From contig NIVC01002942.1 in assembly GCA_002269645.1 (NCBI GenBank), forward strand, positions 65,388 through 129,387: a DNA stretch of 64,000 nt. Direction: 5' to 3'. The notes beneath the pieces were generated by a model. That model was not told where the DNA came from. It saw nothing but the letters and a program-made list of their open reading frames with translations, and did not search any database. A program made the translations under genes and the position numbers. Of the stretch, positions 39,401-53,200 are shown piece after piece (the stretch's first letter is position 1; every line of letters begins with the position of its first letter). Source of the DNA: Macrostomum lignano (taxonomy: Eukaryota).

Positions 39401-42400
39401 ACAAAGCTGAGTGACTAATTCGCTACTGTCAGTATGATGACAAAGCTGAGTGACTAATTGGCTACTGTCAGTATGATGACAAAGCTGAGTGACTAATTGG
39501 CTACTGTCAGTATGATGACAAAGCTGAGTGACTAATTGGCTACTGTCAGTATGATGACAAAGCTGAGTGACTAATTGGCTACTGTCAGTATGATGACAAA
39601 GCTGAGTGACTAATTGGCTACTGTCAGTATGGACAAAGCTGAGTGACTAATTGGCTACTGTCAGTATGATGACAAAGCTGAGTGACTAATTGGCTACTGT
39701 CAGTATGATGACAAAGCTGAGTGACTAATTGGCTACTGTCAGTATGATGACAAAGCTGAGTGACTAATTGGCTACTGTCAGTATGATGACAAAGCTGAGT
39801 GACTAATTGGCTACTGTCAGTATGATGACAAAGCTGAGTGACTAATTGGCTACTGTCAGTATGATGACAAAGCTGAGTGACTAATTGGCTACTGTCAGTA
39901 TGATGACAAAGCTGAGTGACTAATTGGCTACTGTCAGTATGATGACAAAGCTGAGTGACTAATTGGCTACTGTCAGTATGATGACAAAGCTGAGTGACTA
40001 ATTGGCTACTGTCAGTATGATGACAAAGCTGAGTGACTAATAGGCTACTGTCAGTATGGACAAAGCTGAGTGACTAATTGGCTACTGTCAGTATGATGAC
40101 AAAGCTGAGTGACTAATTGGCTACTGTCAGTATGATGACAAAGCTGAGTGACTAATTGGCTACTGTCAGTATGATGACAAAGCTGAGTGACTAATTGGCT
40201 ACTGTCAGTATGATGACAAAGCTGAGTGACTAATTGGCTACTGTCAGTATGATGACAAAGCTGAGTGACTAATTGGCTACTGTCAGTATGATGACAAAGC
40301 TGAGTGACTAATTGGCTACTGTCAGTATGATGACAAAGCTGAGTGACTAATTGGCTACTGTCAGTATGATGACAAAGCTGAGTGACTAATTGGCTACTGT
40401 CAGTATGATGACAAAGCTGAGTGACTAATTGGCTACTGTCAGTATGATGACAAAGCTGAGTGACTAATTGGCTACTGTCAGTATGATGACAAAGCTGAGT
40501 GACTAATTGGCTACTGTCAGTATGATGACAAAGCTGAGTGACTAATTGGCTACTGTCAGTATGATGACAAAGCTGAGTGACTAATTGGCTACTGTCAGTA
40601 TGATGACAAAGCTGAGTGACTAATTGGCTACTGTCAGTATGATGACAAAGCTGAGTGACTAATTGGCTACTGTCAGTATGATGACAAAGCTGAGTGACTA
40701 ATTGGCTACTGTCAGTATGATGACAAAGCTGAGTGACTAATTGGCTACTGTCAGTATGATGACAAAGCTGAGTGACTAATTGGCTACTGTCAGTATGATG
40801 ACAAAGCTGAGTGACTAATTGGCTACTGTCAGTATGATGACAAAGCTGAGTGACTAATTGGCTACTGTCAGTATGATGACAAAGCTGAGTGACTAATTGG
40901 CTACTGTCAGTATGATGACAAAGCTGAGTGACTAATTGGCTACTGTCAGTATGATGACAAAGCTGAGTGACTAATTGGCTACTGTCAGTATGATGACAAA
41001 GCTGAGTGACTAATTGGCTACTGTCAGTATGATGACAAAGCTGAGTGACTAATTGGCTACTGTCAGTATGATGACAAAGCTGAGTGACTAATTGGCTACT
41101 GTCAGTATGATGACAAAGCTGAGTGACTAATTGGCTACTGTCAGTATGATGACAAAGCTGAGTGACTAATTGGCTACTGTCAGTATGATGACAAAGCTGA
41201 GTGACTAATTGGCTACTGTCAGTATGATGACAAAGCTGAGTGACTAATTGGCTACTGTCAGTATGATGACAAAGCTGAGTGACTAATTGGCTACTGTCAG
41301 TATGATGACAAAGCTGAGTGACTAATTGGCTACTGTCAGTATGATGACAAAGCTGAGTGACTAATTGGCTACTGTCAGTATGATGACAAAGCTGAGTGAC
41401 TAATTGGCTACTGTCAGTATGATGACAAAGCTGAGTGACTAATTGGCTACTGTCAGTATGATGACAAAGCTGAGTGACTAATTGGCTACTGTCAGTATGA
41501 TGACAAAGCTGAGTGACTAATTGGCTACTGTCAGTATGATGACAAAGCTGAGTGACTAATTGGCTACTGTCAGTATGATGACAAAGCTGAGTGACTAATT
41601 GGCTACTGTCAGTATGATGACAAAGCTGAGTGACTAATTGGCTACTGTCAGTATGATGACAAAGCTGAGTGACTAATTGGCTACTGTCAGTATGATGACA
41701 AAGCTGAGTGACTAATTGGCTACTGTCAGTATGATGACAAAGCTGAGTGACTAATTGGCTACTGTCAGTATGATGACAAAGCTGAGTGACTAATTGGCTA
41801 CTGTCAGTATGATGACAAAGCTGAGTGACTAATTGGCTACTGTCAGTATGATGACAAAGCTGAGTGACTAATTGGCTACTGTCAGTATGATGACAAAGCT
41901 GAGTGACTAATTGGCTACTGTCAGTATGATGACAAAGCTGAGTGACTAATTGGCTACTGTCAGTATGATGACAAAGCTGAGTGACTAATTGGCTACTGTC
42001 AGTATGATGACAAAGCTGAGTGACTAATTGGCTACTGTCAGTATGATGACAAAGCTGAGTGACTAATTGGCTACTGTCAGTATGATGACAAAGCTGAGTG
42101 ACTAATTGCTACTGTCAGTATGATGACAAAGCTGAGTGACTAATTGGCTACTGTCAGTATGATGACAAAGCTGAGTGACTAATTGGCTACTGTCAGTATG
42201 ATGACAAAGCTGAGTGACTAATTGGCTACTGTCAGTATGATGACAAAGCTGAGTGACTAATTGGCTACTGTCAGTATGATGACAAAGCTGAGTGACTAAT
42301 TGGCTACTGTCAGTATGATGACAAAGCTGAGTGACTAATTGGCTACTGTCAGTATGATGACAAAGCTGAGTGACTAATTGGCTACTGTCAGTATGATGAC

Positions 42401-45400
42401 AAAGCTGAGTGACTAATTGGCTACTGTCAGTATGATGACAAAGCTGAGTGACTAATTGGCTACTGTCAGTATGATGACAAAGCTGAGTGACTAATTGGCT
42501 ACTGTCAGTATGATGACAAAGCTGAGTGACTAATTGGCTACTGTCAGTATGATGACAAAGCTGAGTGACTAATTGGCTACTGTCAGTATGATGACAAAGC
42601 TGAGTGACTAATTGGCTACTGTCAGTATGATGACAAAGCTGAGTGACTAATTGGCTACTGTCAGTATGATGACAAAGCTGAGTGACTAATTGGCTACTGT
42701 CAGTATGATGACAAAGCTGAGTGACTAATTGGCTACTGTCAGTATGATGACAAAGCTGAGTGACTAATTGGCTACTGTCAGTATGATGACAAAGCTGAGT
42801 GACTAATTGGCTACTGTCAGTATGATGACAAAGCTGAGTGACTAATTGGCTACTGTCAGTATGATGACAAAGCTGAGTGACTAATTGGCTACTGTCAGTA
42901 TGATGACAAAGCTGAGTGACTAATTGGCTACTGTCAGTATGATGACAAAGCTGAGTGACTAATTGGCTACTGTCAGTATGATGACAAAGCTGAGTGACTA
43001 ATTGGCTACTGTCAGTATGATGACAAAGCTGAGTGACTAATTGGCTACTGTCAGTATGATGACAAAGCTGAGTGACTAATTGGCTACTGTCAGTATGATG
43101 ACAAAGCTGAGTGACTAATTGGCTACTGTCAGTATGATGACAAAGCTGAGTGACTAATTGGCTACTGTCAGTATGATGACAAAGCTGAGTGACTAATTGG
43201 CTACTGTCAGTATGATGACAAAGCTGAGTGACTAATTGGCTACTGTCAGTATGATGACAAAGCTGAGTGACTAATTGGCTACTGTCAGTATGATGACAAA
43301 GCTGAGTGACTAATTGGCTACTGTCAGTATGATGACAAAGCTGAGTGACTAATTGGCTACTGTCAGTATGATGACAAAGCTGAGTGACTAATTGGCTACT
43401 GTCAGTATGATGACAAAGCTGAGTGACTAATTGGCTACTGTCAGTATGATGACAAAGCTGAGTGACTAATTGGCTACTGTCAGTATGATGACAAAGCTGA
43501 GTGACTAATTGGCTACTGTCAGTATGATGACAAAGCTGAGTGACTAATTGGCTACTGTCAGTATGATGACAAAGCTGAGTGACTAATTGGCTACTGTCAG
43601 TATGATGACAAAGCTGAGTGACTAATTGCTACTGTCAGTATGATGACAAAGCTGAGTGACTAATTGGCTACTGTCAGTATGATGACAAAGCTGAGTGACT
43701 AATTGCTACTGTCAGTATGATGACAAAGCTGAGTGACTAATTGGCTACTGTCAGTATGATGACAAAGCTGAGTGACTAATTGGCTACTGTCAGTATGATG
43801 ACAAAGCTGAGTGACTAATTGGCTACTGTCAGTATGATGACAAAGCTGAGTGACTAATTGGCTACTGTCAGTATGATGACAAAGCTGAGTGACTAATTGG
43901 CTACTGTCAGTATGATGACAAAGCTGAGTGACTAATTGGCTACTGTCAGTATGATGACAAAGCTGAGTGACTAATTGGCTACTGTCAGTATGATGACAAA
44001 GCTGAGTGACTAATTGCTACTGTCAGTATGATGACAAAGCTGAGTGACTAATTGGCTACTGTCAGTATGATGACAAAGCTGAGTGACTAATTGGCTACTG
44101 TCAGTATGATGACAAAGCTGAGTGACTAATTGGCTACTGTCAGTATGATGACAAAGCTGAGTGACTAATTGGCTACTGTCAGTATGATGACAAAGCTGAG
44201 TGACTAATTGGCTACTGTCAGTATGATGACAAAGCTGAGTGACTAATTGGCTACTGTCAGTATGATGACAAAGCTGAGTGACTAATTGGCTACTGTCAGT
44301 ATGATGACAAAGCTGAGTGACTAATTGGCTACTGTCAGTATGATGACAAAGCTGAGTGACTAATTGGCTACTGTCAGTATGATGACAAAGCTGAGTGACT
44401 AATTGGCTACTGTCAGTATGATGACAAAGCTGAGTGACTAATTGGCTACTGTCAGTATGATGACAAAGCTGAGTGACTAATTGGCTACTGTCAGTATGAT
44501 GACAAAGCTGAGTGACTAATTGGCTACTGTCAGTATGATGACAAAGCTGAGTGACTAATTGGCTACTGTCAGTATGATGACAAAGCTGAGTGACTAATTG
44601 GCTACTGTCAGTATGATGACAAAGCTGAGTGACTAATTGGCTACTGTCAGTATGATGACAAAGCTGAGTGACTAATTGGCTACTGTCAGTATGATGACAA
44701 AGCTGAGTGACTAATTGGCTACTGTCAGTATGATGACAAAGCTGAGTGACTAATTGGCTACTGTCAGTATGATGACAAAGCTGAGTGACTAATTGGCTAC
44801 TGTCAGTATGATGACAAAGCTGAGTGACTAATTGGCTACTGTCAGTATGATGACAAAGCTGAGTGACTAATTGGCTACTGTCAGTATGATGACAAAGCTG
44901 AGTGACTAATTGGCTACTGTCAGTATGATGACAAAGCTGAGTGACTAATTGGCTACTGTCAGTATGATGACAAAGCTGAGTGACTAATTGGCTACTGTCA
45001 GTATGATGACAAAGCTGAGTGACTAATTGGCTACTGTCAGTATGATGACAAAGCTGAGTGACTAATTGGCTACTGTCAGTATGATGACAAAGCTGAGTGA
45101 CTAATTGGCTACTGTCAGTATGATGACAAAGCTGAGTGACTAATTGGCTACTGTCAGTATGATGACAAAGCTGAGTGACTAATTGGCTACTGTCAGTATG
45201 ATGACAAAGCTGAGTGACTAATTGGCTACTGTCAGTATGATGACAAAGCTGAGTGACTAATTGGCTACTGTCAGTATGATGACAAAGCTGAGTGACTAAT
45301 TGGCTACTGTCAGTATGATGACAAAGCTGAGTGACTAATTGGCTACTGTCAGTATGATGACAAAGCTGAGTGACTAATTGGCTACTGTCAGTATGATGAC

Positions 45401-47015
45401 AAAGCTGAGTGACTAATTGGCTACTGTCAGTATGATGACAAAGCTGAGTGACTAATTGGCTACTGTCAGTATGATGACAAAGCTGAGTGACTAATTGGCT
45501 ACTGTCAGTATGATGACAAAGCTGAGTGACTAATTGGCTACTGTCAGTATGATGACAAAGCTGAGTGACTAATTGGCTACTGTCAGTATGATGACAAAGC
45601 TGAGTGACTAATTGGCTACTGTCAGTATGATGACAAAGCTGAGTGACTAATTGGCTACTGTCAGTATGATGACAAAGCTGAGTGACTAATTGGCTACTGT
45701 CAGTATGATGACAAAGCTGAGTGACTAATTGGCTACTGTCAGTATGATGACAAAGCTGAGTGACTAATTGGCTACTGTCAGTATGATGACAAAGCTGAGT
45801 GACTAATAGGCTACTGTCAGTATGATGACAAAGCTGAGTGACTAATTGGCTACTGTCAGTATGATGACAAAGCTGAGTGACTAATTGGCTACTGTCAGTA
45901 TGATGACAAAGCTGAGTGACTAATTGGCTACTGTCAGTATGATGACAAAGCTGAGTGACTAATTGGCTACTGTCAGTATGATGACAAAGCTGAGTGACTA
46001 ATAGGCTACTGTCAGTATGATGACAAAGCTGAGTGACTAATAGGCTACTGTCAGTATGATGACAAAGCTGAGTGACTAATTGGCTACTGTCAGTATGATG
46101 ACAAAGCTGAGTGACTAATTGGCTACTGTCAGTATGATGACAAAGCTGAGTGACTAATTGGCTACTGTCAGTATGATGACAAAGCTGAGTGACTAATTGG
46201 CTACTGTCAGTATGATGACAAAGCTGAGTGACTAATTGCTACTGTCAGTATGATGACAAAGCTGAGTGACTAATTGGCTACTGTCAGTATGATGACAAAG
46301 CTGAGTGACTAATTGGCTACTGTCAGTATGATGACAAAGCTGAGTGACTAATTGGCTACTGTCAGTATGATGACAAAGCTGAGTGACTAATTGGCTACTG
46401 TCAGTATGATGACAAAGCTGAGTGACTAATTGGCTACTGTCAGTATGATGACAAAGCTGAGTCACTAATTCGCTACTGTCAGTATGATGACAAAGCTGAG
46501 TGACTAATTGGCTACTGTCAGTATGATGACAAAGCTGAGTGACTAATTGGCTACTGTCAGTATGATGACAAAGCTGAGTGACTAATTGGCTACTGTCAGT
46601 ATGATGACAAAGCTGAGTGACTAATTGGCTACTGTCAGTATGATGACAAAGCTGAGTGACTAATTGGCTACTGTCAGTATGATGACAAAGCTGAGTGACT
46701 AATTGGCTACTGTCAGTATGATGACAAAGCTGAGTGACTAATTGGCTACTGTCAGTATGATGACAAAGCTGAGTGACTAATTGGCTACTGTCAGTATGAT
46801 GACAAAGCTGAGTGACTAATTGGCTACTGTCAGTATGATGACAAAGCTGAGTGACTAATTGGCTACTGTCAGTATGATGACAAAGCTGAGTGACTAATTG
46901 GCTACTGTCAGTATGATGACAAAGCTGAGTGACTAATTGGCTACTGTCAGTATGATGACAAAGCTGAGTGACTAATTGGCTACTGTCAGCAAAGCTGAGT
47001 GACTACTACTGTCAG
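36489..47015. repeat. 39-bp satellite TACTGTCAGTATGATGACAAAGCTGAGTGACTAATTGGC, ~270 copies, ~10.5 kb
   Basis: Period 39 (e.g. 36541 and 36580). The centre is nearly invariant; variants cluster at the left edge and, more sparsely, at the right. Confidence 0.98.
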
Positions 47016-47179
47016 CAAGCCTACCCAGCTTTCAGAGCCTGGTTATTTGACAACGCTTGGAGCAGTTTATGAGGCATTTAACAGGCCAAATCCGACGACT
47101 ACCCTCTGTCTCAGTAATGTGCGTTTCGTTTTATGCGCCCCAACCCCGCCCGGTTGCATATGAGCACGAGTAAAGCTTT

Positions 47180-48152
47180 AGCTCATTCAGTCAGCTCAGT
47201 CAGTCAGTGAGTCAGCTCAGTGAGTCAGCTCAGTCAGTCAGTGAGTCAGCTCATTCAGTCAGTGAGTCAGCTCAGTCAGTCAGTGAGTCAGCTCAGTCAG
47301 TCAGTGAGTCAGCTCAGTCAGTCAGTGAGTCAGCTCAGTCAGTCAGTGAGTCAGCTCATTCAGTCAGTGAGTCAGCTCAGTCAGTCAGTGAGTCAGCTCA
47401 GTCAGTCAGTGAGTCAGCTCAGTCAGCTCAGTCAGCTCAGTCAGTCAGTCAGTGAGTCAGCTCAGTCAGTCAGTCAGTGAGTCAGCTCATTCAGTCAGTG
47501 AGTCAGCTCAGTCAGCTCAGTCAGTCAGTCAGTGAGTCAGCTCATTCAGTCAGTGAGTCAGCTCAGTCAGCTCAGTCAGTCAGTCAGTGAGTCAGCTCAG
47601 TCAGTCAGTCAGTGAGTCAGCTCATTCAGTCAGTGAGTCAGCTCAGTCAGTCAGTGAGTCAGCTCAGTCAGTCAGTGAGTCAGCTCAGTCAGTCAGTGAG
47701 TCAGCTCAGTCAGTCAGTCAGTGAGTCAGCTCATTCAGTCAGTGAGTCAGCTCATTCAGTCAGTGAGTCAGCTCAGTCAGTCAGTGAGTCAGCTCAGTCA
47801 GTCAGTGAGTCAGCTCATTCAGTCAGTGAGTCAGCTCAGTCATCTCAGTCAGTCAGTCAGTGAGTCAGCTCAGTCAGTCAGTCAGTGAGTCAGCTCATTC
47901 AGTCAGTGAGTCAGCTCAGTCAGTCAGTGAGTCAGCTCAGTCAGTCAGTGAGTCAGCTCATTCAGTCAGTGAGTCAGCTCAGTCATCTCAGTCAGTCAGT
48001 CAGTGAGTCAGCTCAGTCAGTCAGTCAGTGAGTCAGCTCATTCAGTCAGTGAGTCAGCTCAGTCAGTCAGTGAGTCAGCTCAGTCAGTCAGTGAGTCAGC
48101 TCAGTCAGTCAGTGAGTCAGCTCATTCAGTCAGTGAGTCAGCTCATTCAGTC
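47180..48152. repeat. ~21-bp minisatellite GTGAGTCAGCTCA(G/T)TCAGTCA with GTCA subunits
   Basis: Visible; source of the SESAQSV ORFs. Confidence 0.95.
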
Positions 48153-48876
48153 AGCCACAGGTCTTCCCCAGTTTCGTGATATTTTCGGTAATAGCGCTGG
48201 AGCGTTCAGTTTCGGCAATCAGACTATTTAGACAAACAGACATTGCCCAGCGCTGTGCGCTCCTAAAATACTTGCAGGTAGATGGTTGGCGGCTCAATGA
48301 ACAAAAGCGAGGCTGCGTGGCAACTGCTGACAAATGTTGAGAAAAAGGCTAAGCTGAGCCAATTAAAAAACTTGAACGCAGAGCTTGTAAATTTATTGGG
48401 TAAACAGAAAACTGCATAAATAATGAGGCTTATAGCTATAAGATACCTGCTAAAAACACAGGCTGGGGCATCCGATGCCCCGAACGAAATGTGCAAAATA
48501 ATTATCAGTATAAAAAAGCTAAACAAAAGATGAGCTGGGAAGAGGTAAAAACGGCAGTGCAAATATCTGTATCAGCCAGTGAAATCTCTGCTCCAATCAA
48601 GACTGAAGCAGCTCCGTGAGCAGGTGAATCGCCTGTGGAGACCCGGGATACTGCATTACTCGCTTAGCTGCTCCTCTGCTCCCAAAGCCACAATGCAGCG
48701 ACCAAAAACAGCAATTTAAGGAGATTGTGACCGAAATTACAAAGTAAAAATGAGTGACCGCAAGAGTAAAAGAGTGCAGCTCATTGCAAATCATCGAGGG
48801 CAGTAGGTGCAGGCGGTGCGCCTCAGGCTGAGCTTGCGACTGGGATTGTGGCATCTGTGCAGGACTTTTAATAGCA

Positions 48877-49168
48877 GATGTACATTGGGAGTGGCTGGGG
48901 GTCAGGGGATGTACATTGGGACTGGCTGGGGGTTAGGGGATGCACATTGGGAGTGGCTGGGGGTCAGGGGATGCACATTGGGAGTGGCTGGGGGTCAGGG
49001 GATGCACATTGGGAGTGGCTGGGGGTCAGGGGATGCACATTGGGAGTGGCTGGGGGTCAGGGGATGCACATTGGGAGTGGCTGGGGGTCAGGGGATGCAC
49101 ATTGGGAGTGGCTGGGGGTCAGGGGATGCACATTGGGAGTGGCTGGGGGTCAGGGGATGTACATTGGG
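48877..49168. repeat. 31-bp G-rich minisatellite GGGATGCACATTGGGAGTGGCTGGGGGTCAG, ~9-10 copies
   Basis: Period 31 (48961 and 48992). Confidence 0.94.
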
Positions 49169-49837
49169 AGCAGTCCCACTAACACCAATAGGTGAATAAA
49201 AAGCAAAAGTCAGGCAGAGCTGACGCCGCAAAAAGTTATATTTACCAACAGTTATCTGCACATGCACATGTAGTTATAAAATACTGCATGTTAAATAATT
49301 TTCAGATAGAACGGACAGATCTGTCACGCGTGGGTTGGCCAGAGAATTTCACAGTGGAAAGAGTGCGAAAAGGTCGAATATGAAAATCGAGCAGGTCGGG
49401 GAAGCGGCCAAAAAGATGGATTTCCCGAAGGGATTGCTGAGCAGTGCAGCATACTGGTTGCTAGGGTGAACCGCACAGGTAAGCACAGGTGCGAGGGGAA
49501 GACAGATGAGAGGGGAATCAGTTTGTTGCATGCGATGTGCGCCTGCTTAATGTACTGTAGCCATTGGCTATGATGAGTAGAGCATGAGGGCGGTGCGGAC
49601 TAGGCAGAGATCAGTGCTGTACACGCAAATAGCTAATTTTTCTAAAAATACTACTGCCTCGGGTCAGTAGTGCATTACGCATATGACGAGAAAAATCTTG
49701 CACATCTTAAAAACGCTTAAATGAACTGTGCGCATTAATGGGCTGACTGATAAAAGACATTTGCTGAGCTTCAAGTCACCTCCAGGGTGCTTTCATACAG
49801 AACCTACCGGAAATGCTAAGGCTGCTTAGAAACGAGC

Positions 49838-50165
49838 TGAAGACAGCCTGAAGGATTCCCAACAGTGCAATCTGAAGACAGCCTGAAGGATTCCCAACAG
49901 TGCAATCTGAAGACAGCCTGAAGGATTCCCAACAGTGCAATCTGAAGACAGCCTGAAGGATTCCCAACAGTGCAATCTGAAGACAGCCTGAAGGATTCCC
50001 AACAGTGCAATCTGAAGACAGCCTGAAGGATTCCCAACAGTGCAATCTGAAGACAGCCTGATGGATTCCCAACAGTGCAATCTGAAGGCAGCCTGATGGA
50101 TTCCCAACAGTGCAATCTGAAGGCAGCCTGATGGATTCCCAACAGTACAATCTGAAGGCAGCTAG
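49838..50165. repeat. 35-bp minisatellite CTGAAGACAGCCTGAAGGATTCCCAACAGTGCAAT, ~9 copies
   Basis: Period 35 (49861 and 49896); just downstream of the kinase stop codon. Confidence 0.94.
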
Positions 50166-50255
50166 CCTGAAGGTGACCCGAAGTTGATCTCAGAAAGTTA
50201 ACTCTAAAAGGAAGTAACCAATATGGAGATCGCTACGCAAAGGAGGGGCCGAGGC

Positions 50256-53200
50256 TCAGGCGAAGCTGCAGTCCCCCAGGGTGTCTATGGAGGAGGACAG
50301 GCAGGACACGCAGGAAACCCCGGAGTCGTCGGTGACGCCGGTGCCCTCGCCGCAGGGCCGGCAACGGCGCGCGATCTCGAGGAACTCGATGAGGTCCTGA
50401 GACAGGTCCGGGTAGGACCAGGCCCGGTTCAGGCCGGAGGGCGAGCGCAGCTCGGGGCCGGTGGGCAGCAGCAGGGCGGGGCCGTGGCGGCCGGCCTGCA
50501 GGCAGGACTTGTTCCGCTCCCAGCGCACCGTCACGAACGGGTTGTGCTTCATGCCGGGGTTCCAGCAGCGCTGCTGGTGCCGCCGCTCCTGCCAGCTCGC
50601 GTCCAGCCGTCGCTGCTCCACCAGCTCGTCCGCCTCGATGTCGGCGTCGGCCGTGGAGGCGACGTCGCGAACCGTCTCTACGGCGACGCCGGCCTCCAGC
50701 TTGTCCAGCAGGCGCATCAGGGCGCCAGCCAGGTCGGCGAAGCTGGGCCGCACCGCCGGCTCCTGGCTGCAGGCCGACAGCGCCAGCTGCAGCAGCGGCC
50801 GCGGGCAGTCGGGCGGCACCAGCGAGGACTCCAGCGCGGCGGCGTCGATGCCGAAGTCCGGCAGGCGTGGCAGGAAGTCGGGGTCGGCGGGCAGGCGGGT
50901 GAGCAGCTCGCACAGCACAATGCCGTAGCTGAACACGTCGGCCTTGGTGCTGAAGCCGCAGCCGCGCATGCACTCGGGCGCCATCCAGAACGGGCTGCCG
51001 ACGCACTCCAGCAGGCGCTGCGTGGCGTAGCGGGGCATCTTGATGGCCAGGCCGAAGTCCGCCACCACCGCCTGGTAGGGCCGGGCACCGCCCGCGTCAG
51101 TGCGGATCAGGATGTTCTTCGAGGCGATGTCGCGGTGGAAAAAGCCCTGCGAAGGAGGGGGCGTATCTGGTCACTCAATACTGTGTAATCACTCGTCTGG
51201 TCACTCAATACTGCGTAATCACTCGTCTGGTCACTCAATACTGCGTAATCACTCGTCTGGTCACTCAATACTGTGTAATCACTCGTCTGGTCACTCAATA
51301 CTGTGTAATCACTCGTCTGGTCACCCAATACTGTGTAATCACTCGTCTGGTCACTCAATACTGTGTAATCACTCGTCTGGTCACCCAATACTGTGTAATC
51401 ACTCGTCTGGTCACTCAATACTGTGTAATCACTCGTCTGGTCACTCAATACTGCGTAATCACTCGTCTGGTCACTCAATACTGTGTAATCACTCGTCTGG
51501 TCACTCTAATTGACAATGAAACAGATATGGTCATTATATTCGATAATGACACATATTTGGTCACTCGAATCAACAATGAGACCCATCTGGAACTCCAATC
51601 GACAATGAGACCCATCTGGAACTCTGGAACTCCAATCGACAATGAGCCATCTGGAACTCCAATCGACAATGAGCCATCTGGAACTCCAATCGACAATGAG
51701 ACCCATCTGGAACTCCAATCAACAATGAGACCCATCTGAAACACCAATCGACAATGAGCCATCTGGAACACCAATCGACAATGAGATCCATCTGGAACTC
51801 CAATCGACAATGAGCCATCTGGAACTCCAATCGACAATGAGACCCATCTGGAACTCCAATCAACAATGAGACCCATCTGAAACTCCAATCGACAATGAGC
51901 CATCTGGAACTCCAATCGACAATGAGATCCATCTGGAACTCCAATCGACAATGAGCCATCTGGAACTCCAATCGACAATGAGACCCATCTGGAACTCCAA
52001 TCAACAATGAGACCCATCTGAAACTCCAATCGACAATGAGCCATCTGGAACTCCAATCGACAATGAGATCCATCTGGAACTCCAATCGACAATGAGCCAT
52101 CTGGAACTCCAATCGACAATGAGCCATCTGGAACTCCAATCGACAATGAGCCATCTGGAACTCCAATCAACAATGAGACCCATCTGGAACTCTGAAACTC
52201 CAATCGACAATGAGCCATCTGGAACTCCAATCGACAATGAGCCATCTGGAACTCCAATCGACAATGAGACCCATCTGGAACTCCAATCAACAATGAGACC
52301 CATCTGAAACTCCGATCGACAATGAGCCATCTGGAACTCCAATCGACAATGAGATCCATCTGGAACTCCAATCGACAATGAGCCATCTGGAACTCCAATC
52401 GACAATGAGATCCATCTGGAACTCCAATCGACAATGAGACCCATCTGGAACTCCAATCGACAATGAGCCATCTGGAACTCCAATCGACAATGAGCCATCT
52501 GGAACTCCAATCGACAATGAGACCCATCTGGAACTCCAATCGACAATGAGCCATCTGGAACTCCAATCAACAATGAGACCCATCTGGAACTCCAATCAAC
52601 AATGAGACCCATTTGCCAACATACCTGTCCGTGCACATAGGCCATGGCCCGGGCCACATCCAGCGCCAGTCCCAGCCGCACCCTCCAGCTCAGCCGCCTG
52701 CCGGGCTCTGCCAGCAGCTGCTCCAGACTGCCGCCCTCGATGTAGTCGAACAGGCAGTGCAGCCGGCCGCCGTGGATGCAGACGGCGTGGTAGCGCAGCA
52801 CGTTGGGGTGACTGAGCTTGGACATGATCTCGTGCTCGCGATAGGCAGAGCGCTGGTTCGTCTCCCCGTTCATCTTTAGGGCCATCTGACGGCCGCTGCG
52901 CTCCAGGGTCACTCGGTACACGTTGGAGAAGAAGCCCTTGGCCAGCAGCTGCACGCTGCTGAAGTCCTGCAGGCTGTAAATCTCCTTCACCGCCAGCAGC
53001 AGCGCCGTGTTCAGCCCCGAGCGGGAGCGGCGGCGCTTGCCGGGGGGCGGCGAGCAGCGGAGGAGGTCCACAGCCACCGCCTTGCTCAGCCCGTTCAGGC
53101 GCAGCCGCTGAAGACGCTCCGACAGCGAGCTGTCGACCTAGCGGGTGATGGGAAGAGGAAAGGGTGAGGGGTCGTGCAGATTAAATGGCCGCGGATTATC

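Noticed and set aside
36489-47015. 39-bp units as true guide C/D snoRNAs or hammerheads
   Set aside because: Only 5 nt lie between box C and box D, so there is no room for an antisense guide. ATGATGA lacks the initial C of the hammerhead CTGATGA and no GAAA follows.
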